Sequence record: DRR723986_1798
Strand: one strand, 5' to 3'
Length of the DNA stretch: 33,433 nt
Part shown: piece after piece, positions 10,180 to 17,739 of the stretch
Position numbering within the stretch: the stretch's first letter is position 1
Layout of the letters: each line of letters begins with the position of its first letter
Notes under the pieces: model-generated
Told to the model about the DNA's origin: nothing
What the model saw: the letters and a program-made list of their open reading frames with translations, nothing else
Database searches by the model: none
Program-made: the position numbers and the translations under genes

Positions 10180-12198
10180 TCAGGCAACCCCAGCCCTTTG
10201 CCGCCAAAGCCCCAATAGCATCAACATCGCCAACAAGCCGGGCAGCCCCAATGCTCCGCCGCCGCCACCCCCACCCGAGCTTGCGGCCACCGGTGTGGTG
10301 GTCGGCGAGGGGGTGGAAGTGCCTGACCCGCCAGTGCTGGTGCCGCTGCCCCCGGTGCTGCTGGGGGTAAAGGTGCGTTCGTTCACTGCGGTGTTGGCCA
10401 AACGAACCACGCTGGTATTGCTGCGATTGGTGCTGGTGTCGGTGACTGTGAGCGCGAATTCAGCAATGTTGCCGGCCATGCCCGACTGCACCTGCAAGGC
10501 GCTGGTGCTGGTGCCAGCCAAAACCACCGGGTTGCCAAACACCTGCTGCCAACTGAAGGTGAGGTTGGCATTGCCACCAGCGCTGTTGGTAGACAAAGCC
10601 GCATCCAGCACAAACGGGCCATTGCTGGCCACCACAGCCGATTGCTGGACATTGGCCACCGGCAAGGGGTTGCTCAATGCCCGGGCAGCCTGAACCGCAC
10701 CGAGCACATTGAGCAAACCCGCCCCACAACTTGTGGGCGTGCAGTCCAAACGCCCAAACAAACCCGTTGAATTACTGGCGTTGGCCGGATAAGGCCGGGC
10801 GCTATTGCGCAACAAGGTGTCAATTTGACTGGGGGTAAGGCTGGGGCGCACCGCCTTGAGCAGTGAAATGGCACCGGCCACCATGGGCGCGGAAAAACTG
10901 GTGCCTGCGAACAAAAATGCCGTGCTGCCATTGGCGCTGGGCGTAGAACCACCGGTGTTGCTGGCGCCGACGTACAAGCCGTTTGAGTTGCCCGGTGCAT
11001 GCAGGGTGAGGAAGTTGCTGCTACCACCTTTGGCAGAGTAGTTTGCCAGCTGACCATCTTGCTCGGCTGCCCCGGCAGCAATGGTGCCCGCGCAGTTGGC
11101 CGGGTATTGCACGGCCCCGCCGGAATTGTTGCCTGCGGATACCACCACGGAAACATTGCGCGCCCTTGCATCGGCAATGGCCAAGGCCACCATGTCGTTT
11201 GCGGCGCAACCGCCACCAAACAGGGGGGTGTCAGTCGCAAAACTCAAGTTGATCACATTAGCTGGGTTGGGATTCACGCCAATGGTGGGATCTACACGCC
11301 CCGAGCCAGTGGCCCAATAAAAGGCATCCACAATATCGGAACTGGTGGCAATGCCGCACCGCCCAGAAACACGCACCGGCAGTACCTTGGCATTCCAGTC
11401 CATACCGGCGAGAAATTGCCCGTTGTTGGACTGCGCAGCCGCAACAGAGGCCACGGTGGTGCCATGCCACGAGCTGGTGGTTGAACCATCGGGGCAGTTA
11501 AAGCCTGGGGGTGGCGCATCACCGGGATCGGAAGGGTCGGGGTCGCGGCCATTGCCGTCATTCGAACCCGAGTCAAATACGGTGCCGTTTTCCCGAGTGC
11601 CGGTGGGTGGGGTCACGTTGCTGACAAAGTCGTAGCCGGGTAACAAGCGCCCCTTCAATTCGGGGTTGTCAAACAAAACACCCGAATCGAGCACGGCAAT
11701 CACCACATTGCTGCTGCCGCGGGTTTGCTCCCATACATCCTGCATGCGCAGGGAGGCATACGCGCCGGTGTGCATGTAACTGGCTTGGTTGACCGAGTAA
11801 GCGCCGTCGTTAGGCGCAGGCACTGCCGTGCGTTGCAATTGAATGTCGGGGCTGGCAAAGCGCACACCTGGCAAGGCTTGAAGCGCCGCACGAATGGCTT
11901 GGGGTGTTTGCAAACTGCCCAGCACAGGCAGGCTTTGCATTTCAACCAGATAACTGTCGGGCTGCAACAGCGGACGAACCAGCTTGACCGGAACACCCAG
12001 GGTGTTTTGCAAAGTTTGCAACATGCCAGCGGGAGCGGTGCCTTGGGTTTGATTGCCCATATTGACTACCCAGCGCATTGGCGTGGGCGTGGCTGTGGTG
12101 GTGGCTGGGGTTATTACCGGGTTCGCATGCACATTCGCCAATTGCACCAAACCCACCATGCACATCAGCGATGTGGAAACCTTCACATACAACTTCAC
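10180..12198 (-). CDS. Secreted S8 subtilase with PKD-like domain and GlyGly-CTERM anchor (MprA-like)
   Basis: Signal peptide; triad VAVLDSG / SSWHGTTVA / AGTSFSAPMV; oxyanion SAGN; PKD-like LDAALS...FSWQQVFG; Ser/Thr linker; C-terminal GGGGGGALG + TM + RQR. Confidence 0.92.
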   Translation of the reverse strand: MKLYVKVSTSLMCMVGLVQLANVHANPVITPATTTATPTPMRWVVNMGNQTQGTAPAGMLQTLQNTLGVPVKLVRPLLQPDSYLVEMQSLPVLGSLQTPQAIRAALQALPGVRFASPDIQLQRTAVPAPNDGAYSVNQASYMHTGAYASLRMQDVWEQTRGSSNVVIAVLDSGVLFDNPELKGRLLPGYDFVSNVTPPTGTRENGTVFDSGSNDGNGRDPDPSDPGDAPPPGFNCPDGSTTSSWHGTTVASVAAAQSNNGQFLAGMDWNAKVLPVRVSGRCGIATSSDIVDAFYWATGSGRVDPTIGVNPNPANVINLSFATDTPLFGGGCAANDMVALAIADARARNVSVVVSAGNNSGGAVQYPANCAGTIAAGAAEQDGQLANYSAKGGSSNFLTLHAPGNSNGLYVGASNTGGSTPSANGSTAFLFAGTSFSAPMVAGAISLLKAVRPSLTPSQIDTLLRNSARPYPANASNSTGLFGRLDCTPTSCGAGLLNVLGAVQAARALSNPLPVANVQQSAVVASNGPFVLDAALSTNSAGGNANLTFSWQQVFGNPVVLAGTSTSALQVQSGMAGNIAEFALTVTDTSTNRSNTSVVRLANTAVNERTFTPSSTGGSGTSTGGSGTSTPSPTTTPVAASSGGGGGGGALGLPGLLAMLMLLGLWRQRAGVA
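10312..10362 (-). repeat. Degenerate 21-nt coding tandem repeat (STGGSGT x2) in the subtilase linker
   Basis: The protein reads SSTGGSGTSTGGSGTST; the DNA copies differ at synonymous positions. Confidence 0.6.
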
Positions 12199-12265
12199 AT
12201 CTGTCCCCTGGTTTTTGATAGCCTGCTCAACTATCTGTTCTTACCCTTGAAGCTTCAGAACGGAT

Positions 12266-12297
12266 TCACCCCACAGTGCGTGCACACTGCGGGGTGA
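12266..12297 (-). terminator. Stem-loop downstream of phoX, probable terminator or transcript-stabilising hairpin
   Basis: TCACCCCACAGTG-CGTGCA-CACTGCGGGGTGA; the single mismatch is a G-U pair on the minus strand. The U-tract is weak. Confidence 0.55.
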
Positions 12298-12337
12298 TTG
12301 GGTACTACTTCGTAACTACTGTCTGTTGATTGACCGC

Positions 12338-14584
12338 TTACTGACCGATCAAGCCGCCGTCAATACGTGTCAGCACAATGGTGGCCGAACGTGGGCGGAT
12401 GGTACCTGATGGCGTTACACCAGCCGCAGGGTTACCGAAACCACCACCAGCCAGCGGATAAGGCCAGGAGCTGGTTGGATTGGCGAGATCGCTGGTTTCT
12501 TCGCCGGGGTGCTGAATGTTGATGAACAGCGCTTTGCCGTCGCCGCTTTCAGTCAAACCTGTGATTTCACAGTCTTTTGGACCCACCACCAGACGGCGCA
12601 GTGTACCCACAGCACCCACTTTCGTACGTACTACACCGGCACCGCCTGCCGTATTGTCCACGTCCACTTCTGCACCGTCGCCCACTTCACCGGGCACGGC
12701 AGCCACCAACATACAGTTGGTGGTGTCTGTGAAGGCGCCGTCGTCGGTCTGGATGTACAACACACCTGTTTTTTCAGAGAACCACAGACCATCAGGGCTG
12801 GACAGTACGTTTTCTGTGGTCAAACCAGAGAGGTTTACGTTCGGATTGTCGATGTCATCGTCTTCCGCGCCGAACAGGTAGATATCCCATTCGAAGCTGG
12901 TGGCTGCAGGGTCGCTACCGTCTTCTCTCCAGCGAATGACGTGGCCGTTGACGTTGCCCTGAGAACCCGCATCACCAACACCATCGCCATCGGTGTCATT
13001 GTCGAAATACACACGTGGGTTGGCTGGATCGGCTACACGGCGGCTGGTGTTGTTGGTCAATGTCATGTACACCTCGCCGTTGCGCGGGTTCACGCCACCC
13101 CACTCTGGGCGATCCATTGGCGTACCGCCTGCAATGTCAGCCAGCAAACGTGTATTCCAGAACTGTTCGTTGGAATCAGTCACGGTGTAGGTAATCGGAG
13201 CTGTGCTCAAAGAGCCTGAACCCCGCACGGCAGTGATTGTTGTGCCATTGGCCACAGTGGCCAGGTCAATCCACTCACCGGTGAAGTCCGCATCAAACTT
13301 GGCCACATACAACTTACCGAAGTCGAGGTATTTGTCGCCAGCTTGCAGGCCACCCATCATGTCGGCGGGGTCCCAGTTGGCAGTCGATACAAACTTGTAA
13401 ATGTATTCGTAGCGAGAATCGCAGCCCATGTAGAACACCACTGGCTTGCCGGCCTCAACGGGGCCTACCCATGCACCTTCGTGTGCGAAGCGGCCCATGG
13501 CGGTGCGCTTCTTGGGAATGCTGTTTGGGCGGAACGGGTCAATTTCAACGTTCCAGCCATACGTATTTGCGGCATTGCGATAGTCGTCAGCCGCAGTTGC
13601 ACCGACGATTCCTACGTTCCAGCGGCTGAATGGCTCGCCCACCTGGCCCACTTCGCTGGCAGTGTTCCAGCCTTCACGACCATTACCCACAGTGGCACGC
13701 ACGCCATAACGGCGCATTGAAGCCTGTTCGTTGGATGTGCGGGTTCCAGGGTTACTGTTGCCAAAATAGCCTGCCCAGTTTTCTTCACAGGCCAGGTAAG
13801 TGCCCCACGGTGTGTAACCGCTTGCACAGTTGTTGATGGTACCGCGAGTGCGTGTGCCATTTGGCGAGTACTTGGTGACCATGAATGGATTGCCGCGCAG
13901 CGGGCCGCTGATTTCCATGTCGGTCAAGGTGTGAATGCGGCGGTTGAACAGGCTGTTCTGAACCACGCTGTACTGGCCATTGCTGCCACGGCGTACTTCC
14001 ACTACCGACACACCGTGAATATACATTTCTTTCAATGCTTCGTTGGCATCGCGAACACCCGCGACGCTCGTGGGGCCGTTCACGTGCAGGAACAAAGGCG
14101 TAATGGCTTCATGATTGACCACCAAAAGACCACGGTCACTGGCTTCCGGGTCCCAGGCATTATCGGCACCAATACCAAAGAAGTACATGCCGTCATGGTG
14201 ATCACCGGAACGGAACTGGAATTCCGAAGGGTTGTTGGCTGCATCGGAACCGTCGTTCATGTAGTCAGCCACGCCTGCGGCAATTGGATCACCCAACTTG
14301 TACAGAACCTGGTATTGGTAACCTTCAGCAACGATCACCGAGTCAGCAGTGCTCAAGGATGTTGAACTAAAACCCACCGCGTTGAGTTGGGTGCTGCGGG
14401 GCGCACCAGCCACCGCGCCATCACCACCGCCACAACCTGCCAGGCCAAGAAAGCCCAAAGCAGCGACACCCACGGAACCTTTCAAAATGGTTCGACGTGA
14501 AGGGTTTTCCAAGTGCTGGTTAATGATTTGCTGGAATGTAGGGCTGGAAAGGATTTCCATTTCTTTTTTGGTTAGTGATGACAT
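12338..14584 (-). CDS. phoX: PhoX-family alkaline phosphatase, Tat-exported lipoprotein
   Basis: Tat motif SRRTILK plus lipobox LAGC; HHDGM, VNHE, NCASGYTPWGTYLACEEN, MGRFAHE, MDRPEW, SPDGL, IQTD, CEITG and NIQHPG motifs. GGAGG ribosome-binding site. Confidence 0.95.
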   Translation of the reverse strand: MSSLTKKEMEILSSPTFQQIINQHLENPSRRTILKGSVGVAALGFLGLAGCGGGDGAVAGAPRSTQLNAVGFSSTSLSTADSVIVAEGYQYQVLYKLGDPIAAGVADYMNDGSDAANNPSEFQFRSGDHHDGMYFFGIGADNAWDPEASDRGLLVVNHEAITPLFLHVNGPTSVAGVRDANEALKEMYIHGVSVVEVRRGSNGQYSVVQNSLFNRRIHTLTDMEISGPLRGNPFMVTKYSPNGTRTRGTINNCASGYTPWGTYLACEENWAGYFGNSNPGTRTSNEQASMRRYGVRATVGNGREGWNTASEVGQVGEPFSRWNVGIVGATAADDYRNAANTYGWNVEIDPFRPNSIPKKRTAMGRFAHEGAWVGPVEAGKPVVFYMGCDSRYEYIYKFVSTANWDPADMMGGLQAGDKYLDFGKLYVAKFDADFTGEWIDLATVANGTTITAVRGSGSLSTAPITYTVTDSNEQFWNTRLLADIAGGTPMDRPEWGGVNPRNGEVYMTLTNNTSRRVADPANPRVYFDNDTDGDGVGDAGSQGNVNGHVIRWREDGSDPAATSFEWDIYLFGAEDDDIDNPNVNLSGLTTENVLSSPDGLWFSEKTGVLYIQTDDGAFTDTTNCMLVAAVPGEVGDGAEVDVDNTAGGAGVVRTKVGAVGTLRRLVVGPKDCEITGLTESGDGKALFINIQHPGEETSDLANPTSSWPYPLAGGGFGNPAAGVTPSGTIRPRSATIVLTRIDGGLIGQ

Positions 14585-14609
14585 CTCGACCTCCGTTTAA
14601 GACCCCCGG

Positions 14610-14665
14610 ATTGTCTGGCCGCTGTGTTACATGGATGTGAGTGTTTCTTTAAAGAAATATGTCAG
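14610..14665 (-). promoter_or_regulatory. Putative PhoB-dependent promoter: four 11-bp-phased Pho-box-like units plus a -10
   Basis: Minus strand reads CTGACAT-ATTT / CTTTAAA-GAAA / CACTCAC-ATCC / ATGTAAC-ACAG, with GACAAT 10 nt after the last heptamer. Confidence 0.6.
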
Positions 14666-14792
14666 CCTGAACAGGCGCTGAACAAAGCTGGATGCGGGTT
14701 TCCGCACAGCGATGTAAAGTGTCTTGTCCAGCAGGACAGTTCATGGCACACTTAAACGCCAAGCGATTGATTCCATTGGAGGTAGTGGGTAA

Positions 14793-15293
14793 ATGCCGAA
14801 TCAAGTCAATGAAGTTCCCAGGCGTAAACAAACCTTGGACAAAGAAAGCAGTTTCAGGCAAAAAATTTGGAAGTTGTGGTTGGTTTTTTTTGCAGCTGGC
14901 TTAGCAACATTGTTTACCACCAGCCTGACCCACGCAGGCGATGCCGAAGACCAACAGCAAACCAGGGCAGTGATTGAAGCCCAACTCGAAGCCTTCAAGC
15001 AAGGCGATGGCCCAAAAGCCTTTTCCTACGCAACCCCCAATATTCAAACCATGTTTGGCGATGCCGACACCTTTATGCAAATGGTGCGTGACGGCTATGA
15101 CGTGGTATACCGCCCCGCCTCGGTCCGCTTTGTGAAATTTGAGACCGATGGAATGAATGCACTACACGCGGTGCAGATGGTTGACCGCCAAAAAACGCTT
15201 TGGAACGTATACTACGTATTGCAGAAGCGCCCGGACGGCAGCTGGAGAATTTCCAGCTGTGAGACCGAGAAAGCGGAAACCGACCTGATTTGA
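14793..15293 (+). CDS. DUF4864-like exported protein (NTF2-like fold)
   Basis: Hydrophobic signal ending THA, then VIEAQLEAFKQGDGPKAFSYA...FMQMVRDGY..VYRP and DGSWRISSC. Start uncertain. Confidence 0.8.
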   Translation: MPNQVNEVPRRKQTLDKESSFRQKIWKLWLVFFAAGLATLFTTSLTHAGDAEDQQQTRAVIEAQLEAFKQGDGPKAFSYATPNIQTMFGDADTFMQMVRDGYDVVYRPASVRFVKFETDGMNALHAVQMVDRQKTLWNVYYVLQKRPDGSWRISSCETEKAETDLI

Positions 15294-15294
15294 C

Positions 15295-15651
15295 ATGACT
15301 ACTGAAGCAGCAACACCCACTTGTAACATTGCCTTGACCGACGCAGCGCAAGAGAGAATCCTGGACCTGCGCGACAACATGCACAAACCGGCCATGATCC
15401 GCCTGTACGTGCAGGGTGGTGGCTGTTCAGGTTTTGAATACAAAATCGACCTCGCCAAAGAAACGGACGAGGACGACATTTTGGTGCAAATCAACCCCTA
15501 CATTCACATTTATGTAGACCCCGTTAGCGCACCCTACCTGGAAGGCACCACCATCGACTATGAAGCCCACACCCTGGCTTCGCGTTTTGTATTCAACAAT
15601 CCGCAGGCAAAGAGCACCTGTGGCTGTGGGTCGAGCTTTTCGGTGGAATAA
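15295..15651 (+). CDS. A-type Fe-S carrier (HesB/IscA/ErpA family)
   Basis: VQGGGCSGFEY and FNNPQAKSTCGCGSSF, supplying the three conserved cysteines. Confidence 0.95.
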   Translation: MTTEAATPTCNIALTDAAQERILDLRDNMHKPAMIRLYVQGGGCSGFEYKIDLAKETDEDDILVQINPYIHIYVDPVSAPYLEGTTIDYEAHTLASRFVFNNPQAKSTCGCGSSFSVE

Positions 15652-15660
15652 GCGATAATT

Positions 15661-15708
15661 TGTTTCTGGTTGTATACAAAATTCTATTTTTGTATAGAAT
15701 GAGAAACA
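15661..15708 (+). promoter_or_regulatory. Promoter/operator with nested inverted repeats upstream of the XRE-AbiEii pair
   Basis: TATACAAAA(15673-81)/TTTTGTATA(15688-96) and TGTTTCT(15661-67)/AGAAACA(15702-08) share one centre. TTGTAT (-35-like) and TATAGA/TAGAAT (-10-like) hexamers lie inside. Confidence 0.65.
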
Positions 15709-15710
15709 TC

Positions 15711-16181
15711 ATGCCAGCCAAATTCAATTTACAAACTGCCACACCGCGAGATCAATTGCTTGCTTTGGGCAAACAATTGAAGCAATACCGCAAGGCCAAC
15801 AAATTAAGTGCCGAGGCGGTGGCCACTGCCGCGGGTCTTTCACGAACTACTCTGCACCGGATTGAACTGGGGGAGCCCTCTGTAGCCGCGGGCGCCTATT
15901 GGGCTGCTGTGGCCGCACTGGGCTTAAGGTGCGGAATTGTGAGTGCTTGCGATGATAGAACTGCACCGATTCCTGAAGTGATCGCTTTGGGCAACTACCC
16001 TCAATTGAAATCGCTTGCCTGGCATGTGCAGGGGGCTGAATCGATTACTCCCCGGCAAGCCTGGGATATTTATGTGCGCAACTGGCGGCATATTGATGAA
16101 ACGAAAATAACTGCGGATGAACAACAGTTGATCGAGCGACTGCGGGCGAAGTTTGAACCTGGTTCAAAGGACGGTGCCTGA
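15711..16181 (+). CDS. XRE-family HTH protein, putative antitoxin/regulator of the downstream nucleotidyltransferase
   Basis: LGKQLKQYRKANKLSAEAVATAAGLSRTTLHRIELGEPSV HTH and a C-terminal YPQLKSLAW...YVRNWRHID domain. ATG 15711 was chosen because earlier starts lie in the operator; 15699 is possible. Confidence 0.8.
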   Translation: MPAKFNLQTATPRDQLLALGKQLKQYRKANKLSAEAVATAAGLSRTTLHRIELGEPSVAAGAYWAAVAALGLRCGIVSACDDRTAPIPEVIALGNYPQLKSLAWHVQGAESITPRQAWDIYVRNWRHIDETKITADEQQLIERLRAKFEPGSKDGA

Positions 16182-16904
16182 ATGTTTAAACGCACACTCC
16201 ACCAGGCAATTGAACAGGTACTTCGCTTGATGAATGCCGACTTGCTGAAAGCACACCAGTGCTACTTTGGCGGGGGTACCGCAATTGCGCTGCGACATGG
16301 GGAATACAGGGAGTCAGTGGACATCGATTTGATGGTGTCTGACCTTGCCTGCTACAGGGCCTTGCGTACATTGGTGCGGGAATCTGGAAGCGTGCTGGGG
16401 CTTTTCAATGAAAACACCACTTTGATTTCGCAACTTCGAGAAGTGCGTGCAGACCAATACGGCATTCGCACTGCAATTGGACTGGGCCAACACAACATCA
16501 AATTTGAAATTGTGCTGGAAGGCCGGATAGAGTTTGAGATGCCCAAACCTACTGATGTAGTGTGCGGGGTTGCCACGCTGAGTGTTGTTGACTTGCTTGC
16601 AAGCAAATTGCTCGCGAATTCCGACCGCTGGGCGGATGAAGGTGTGTTCAATCGCGACTTGATTGACTTGGCGATGATGAAGCCAGGTTTTGACGTGTTT
16701 GCAAAAGCGCTTGCCAAAGCTGAAACGGCTTACGGCCAGAGTATTCAGCAAGACCTTGAAAAAGCAATTGGTAAATTATTGGACAAACCAGACTGGCTGG
16801 AAAAGTGCATGCTTGCCATGGGTATGAGTGACACTGCGCCAGCCAGTCTTGTCACTGAAATACTTTCGCTTCGCGGTGTATTGCGGAAACTCAACGGCAT
16901 TTGA
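16182..16904 (+). CDS. AbiEii/AbiGii-family nucleotidyltransferase toxin (type IV TA-like)
   Basis: FGGGTAIAL...YRESVDIDL nucleotidyltransferase motif, SKLLANSDR and RDLIDL. Starts immediately after the XRE stop. Confidence 0.85.
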   Translation: MFKRTLHQAIEQVLRLMNADLLKAHQCYFGGGTAIALRHGEYRESVDIDLMVSDLACYRALRTLVRESGSVLGLFNENTTLISQLREVRADQYGIRTAIGLGQHNIKFEIVLEGRIEFEMPKPTDVVCGVATLSVVDLLASKLLANSDRWADEGVFNRDLIDLAMMKPGFDVFAKALAKAETAYGQSIQQDLEKAIGKLLDKPDWLEKCMLAMGMSDTAPASLVTEILSLRGVLRKLNGI

Positions 16905-17190
16905 TTTCTTCTTTGAACTCGTCGTATTTGGCCTCTCGCTTCACCTTGCATTCGCCATCACGATATTCCTCTTTCCAGGGTGCATCGGCCACAGGCGAAA
17001 AACCATCTTCGCACTTGACTTCTTTTTTGTATTCATAAGGCTTGGATTCAATTTTGACCAGGCACGGGCCATCCCAATACTCCTGCTTGCTTCGTTCCCA
17101 ATAGCCATAGTCGCCGCCACCCCAAGCCAAGGCAGGTGCGGTGAATGCAAAAGCGGTCACGGTTGCGGTTAAGGCGATGAACGGCTTCAT
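16891..17190 (-). CDS. Small secreted protein (99 aa) with two Cys-containing repeats
   Basis: GAGGT ribosome-binding site before ATG 17190; signal peptide MKPFIALTATVTAFAFTAPALA; repeats KQEYWDGPCLVKIESKPYEYKKEVKC and KEEYRDGECKVKREAKYDEFKEEIKC. Confidence 0.8.
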   Translation of the reverse strand: MKPFIALTATVTAFAFTAPALAWGGGDYGYWERSKQEYWDGPCLVKIESKPYEYKKEVKCEDGFSPVADAPWKEEYRDGECKVKREAKYDEFKEEIKCR

Positions 17191-17433
17191 GGGTACTACC
17201 TCGAGGTGTTTGCGGGTGAGGTAATAACGGGTGGGGCAAAGGGGGAGTTGACGAGTGCTGATTGCGAACAACACAATGGGATATCCAATCCGTTCTAGAC
17301 GGTTTGAAGCTGAAAGGTTAAACAAATAGATGCGGGCCGCGCTCGATAACTTCCTCGGCGTGGAGACCTTGGCCTTACGGCGTTTACTTTAATGTCCGTA
17401 GCTGTAGTTAATACTATGACGGTACAGGTCGTA

Positions 17434-17739
17434 TTACCTCTCTATGCGAAGTGACGTGTCATGCAATTCGACAAAGTTTCCACGCCAACTTACACCAAGA
17501 ATTTCAATTGAATGAAGTTCAATGTAAGCCCCTGAAATATCAAGCTTGCTAGGCTTAGATATTTCGATTCTTAAACCATCGGAGAAGTTAAATATTCCAA
17601 TACCGTCTTTCAATATGGCATTCAAATATTCATATTGATTATCGCCAGGCCGTCCAAGCACCGGATTTTCCAAATAAAGCACCACACACACAGCGTCTGC
17701 CAACCACTGCTTTAGAAGCAAAAAATCTTTATGGAACAT
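17434..17739 (-). CDS. Putative Rhs immunity protein
   Basis: 101-aa AT-rich ORF overlapping the Rhs 3' end by 11 bp. Positional evidence only. Confidence 0.7.
   Translation of the reverse strand: MFHKDFLLLKQWLADAVCVVLYLENPVLGRPGDNQYEYLNAILKDGIGIFNFSDGLRIEISKPSKLDISGAYIELHSIEILGVSWRGNFVELHDTSLRIER

Noticed and set aside
15660..15710. Tracked N-terminal extension of the XRE ORF (MFLVVYKILFLYRMRNI)
   Set aside because: It runs through the palindromic promoter/operator region; ATG 15711 (or 15699) is more plausible.
17191..17325. Tracked 45-aa extension of the small secreted protein
   Set aside because: The ribosome-binding site and signal peptide point to ATG 17190.
17191..17433. Short inverted repeats (CCGT-TCTAG-ACGG, TACGG...CCGTA) and a possible orphan Rhs tip or sRNA in this gap
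   Set aside because: The stems are only 4-5 bp, as expected by chance, and no DPxGL remnant or convincing ORF is present.
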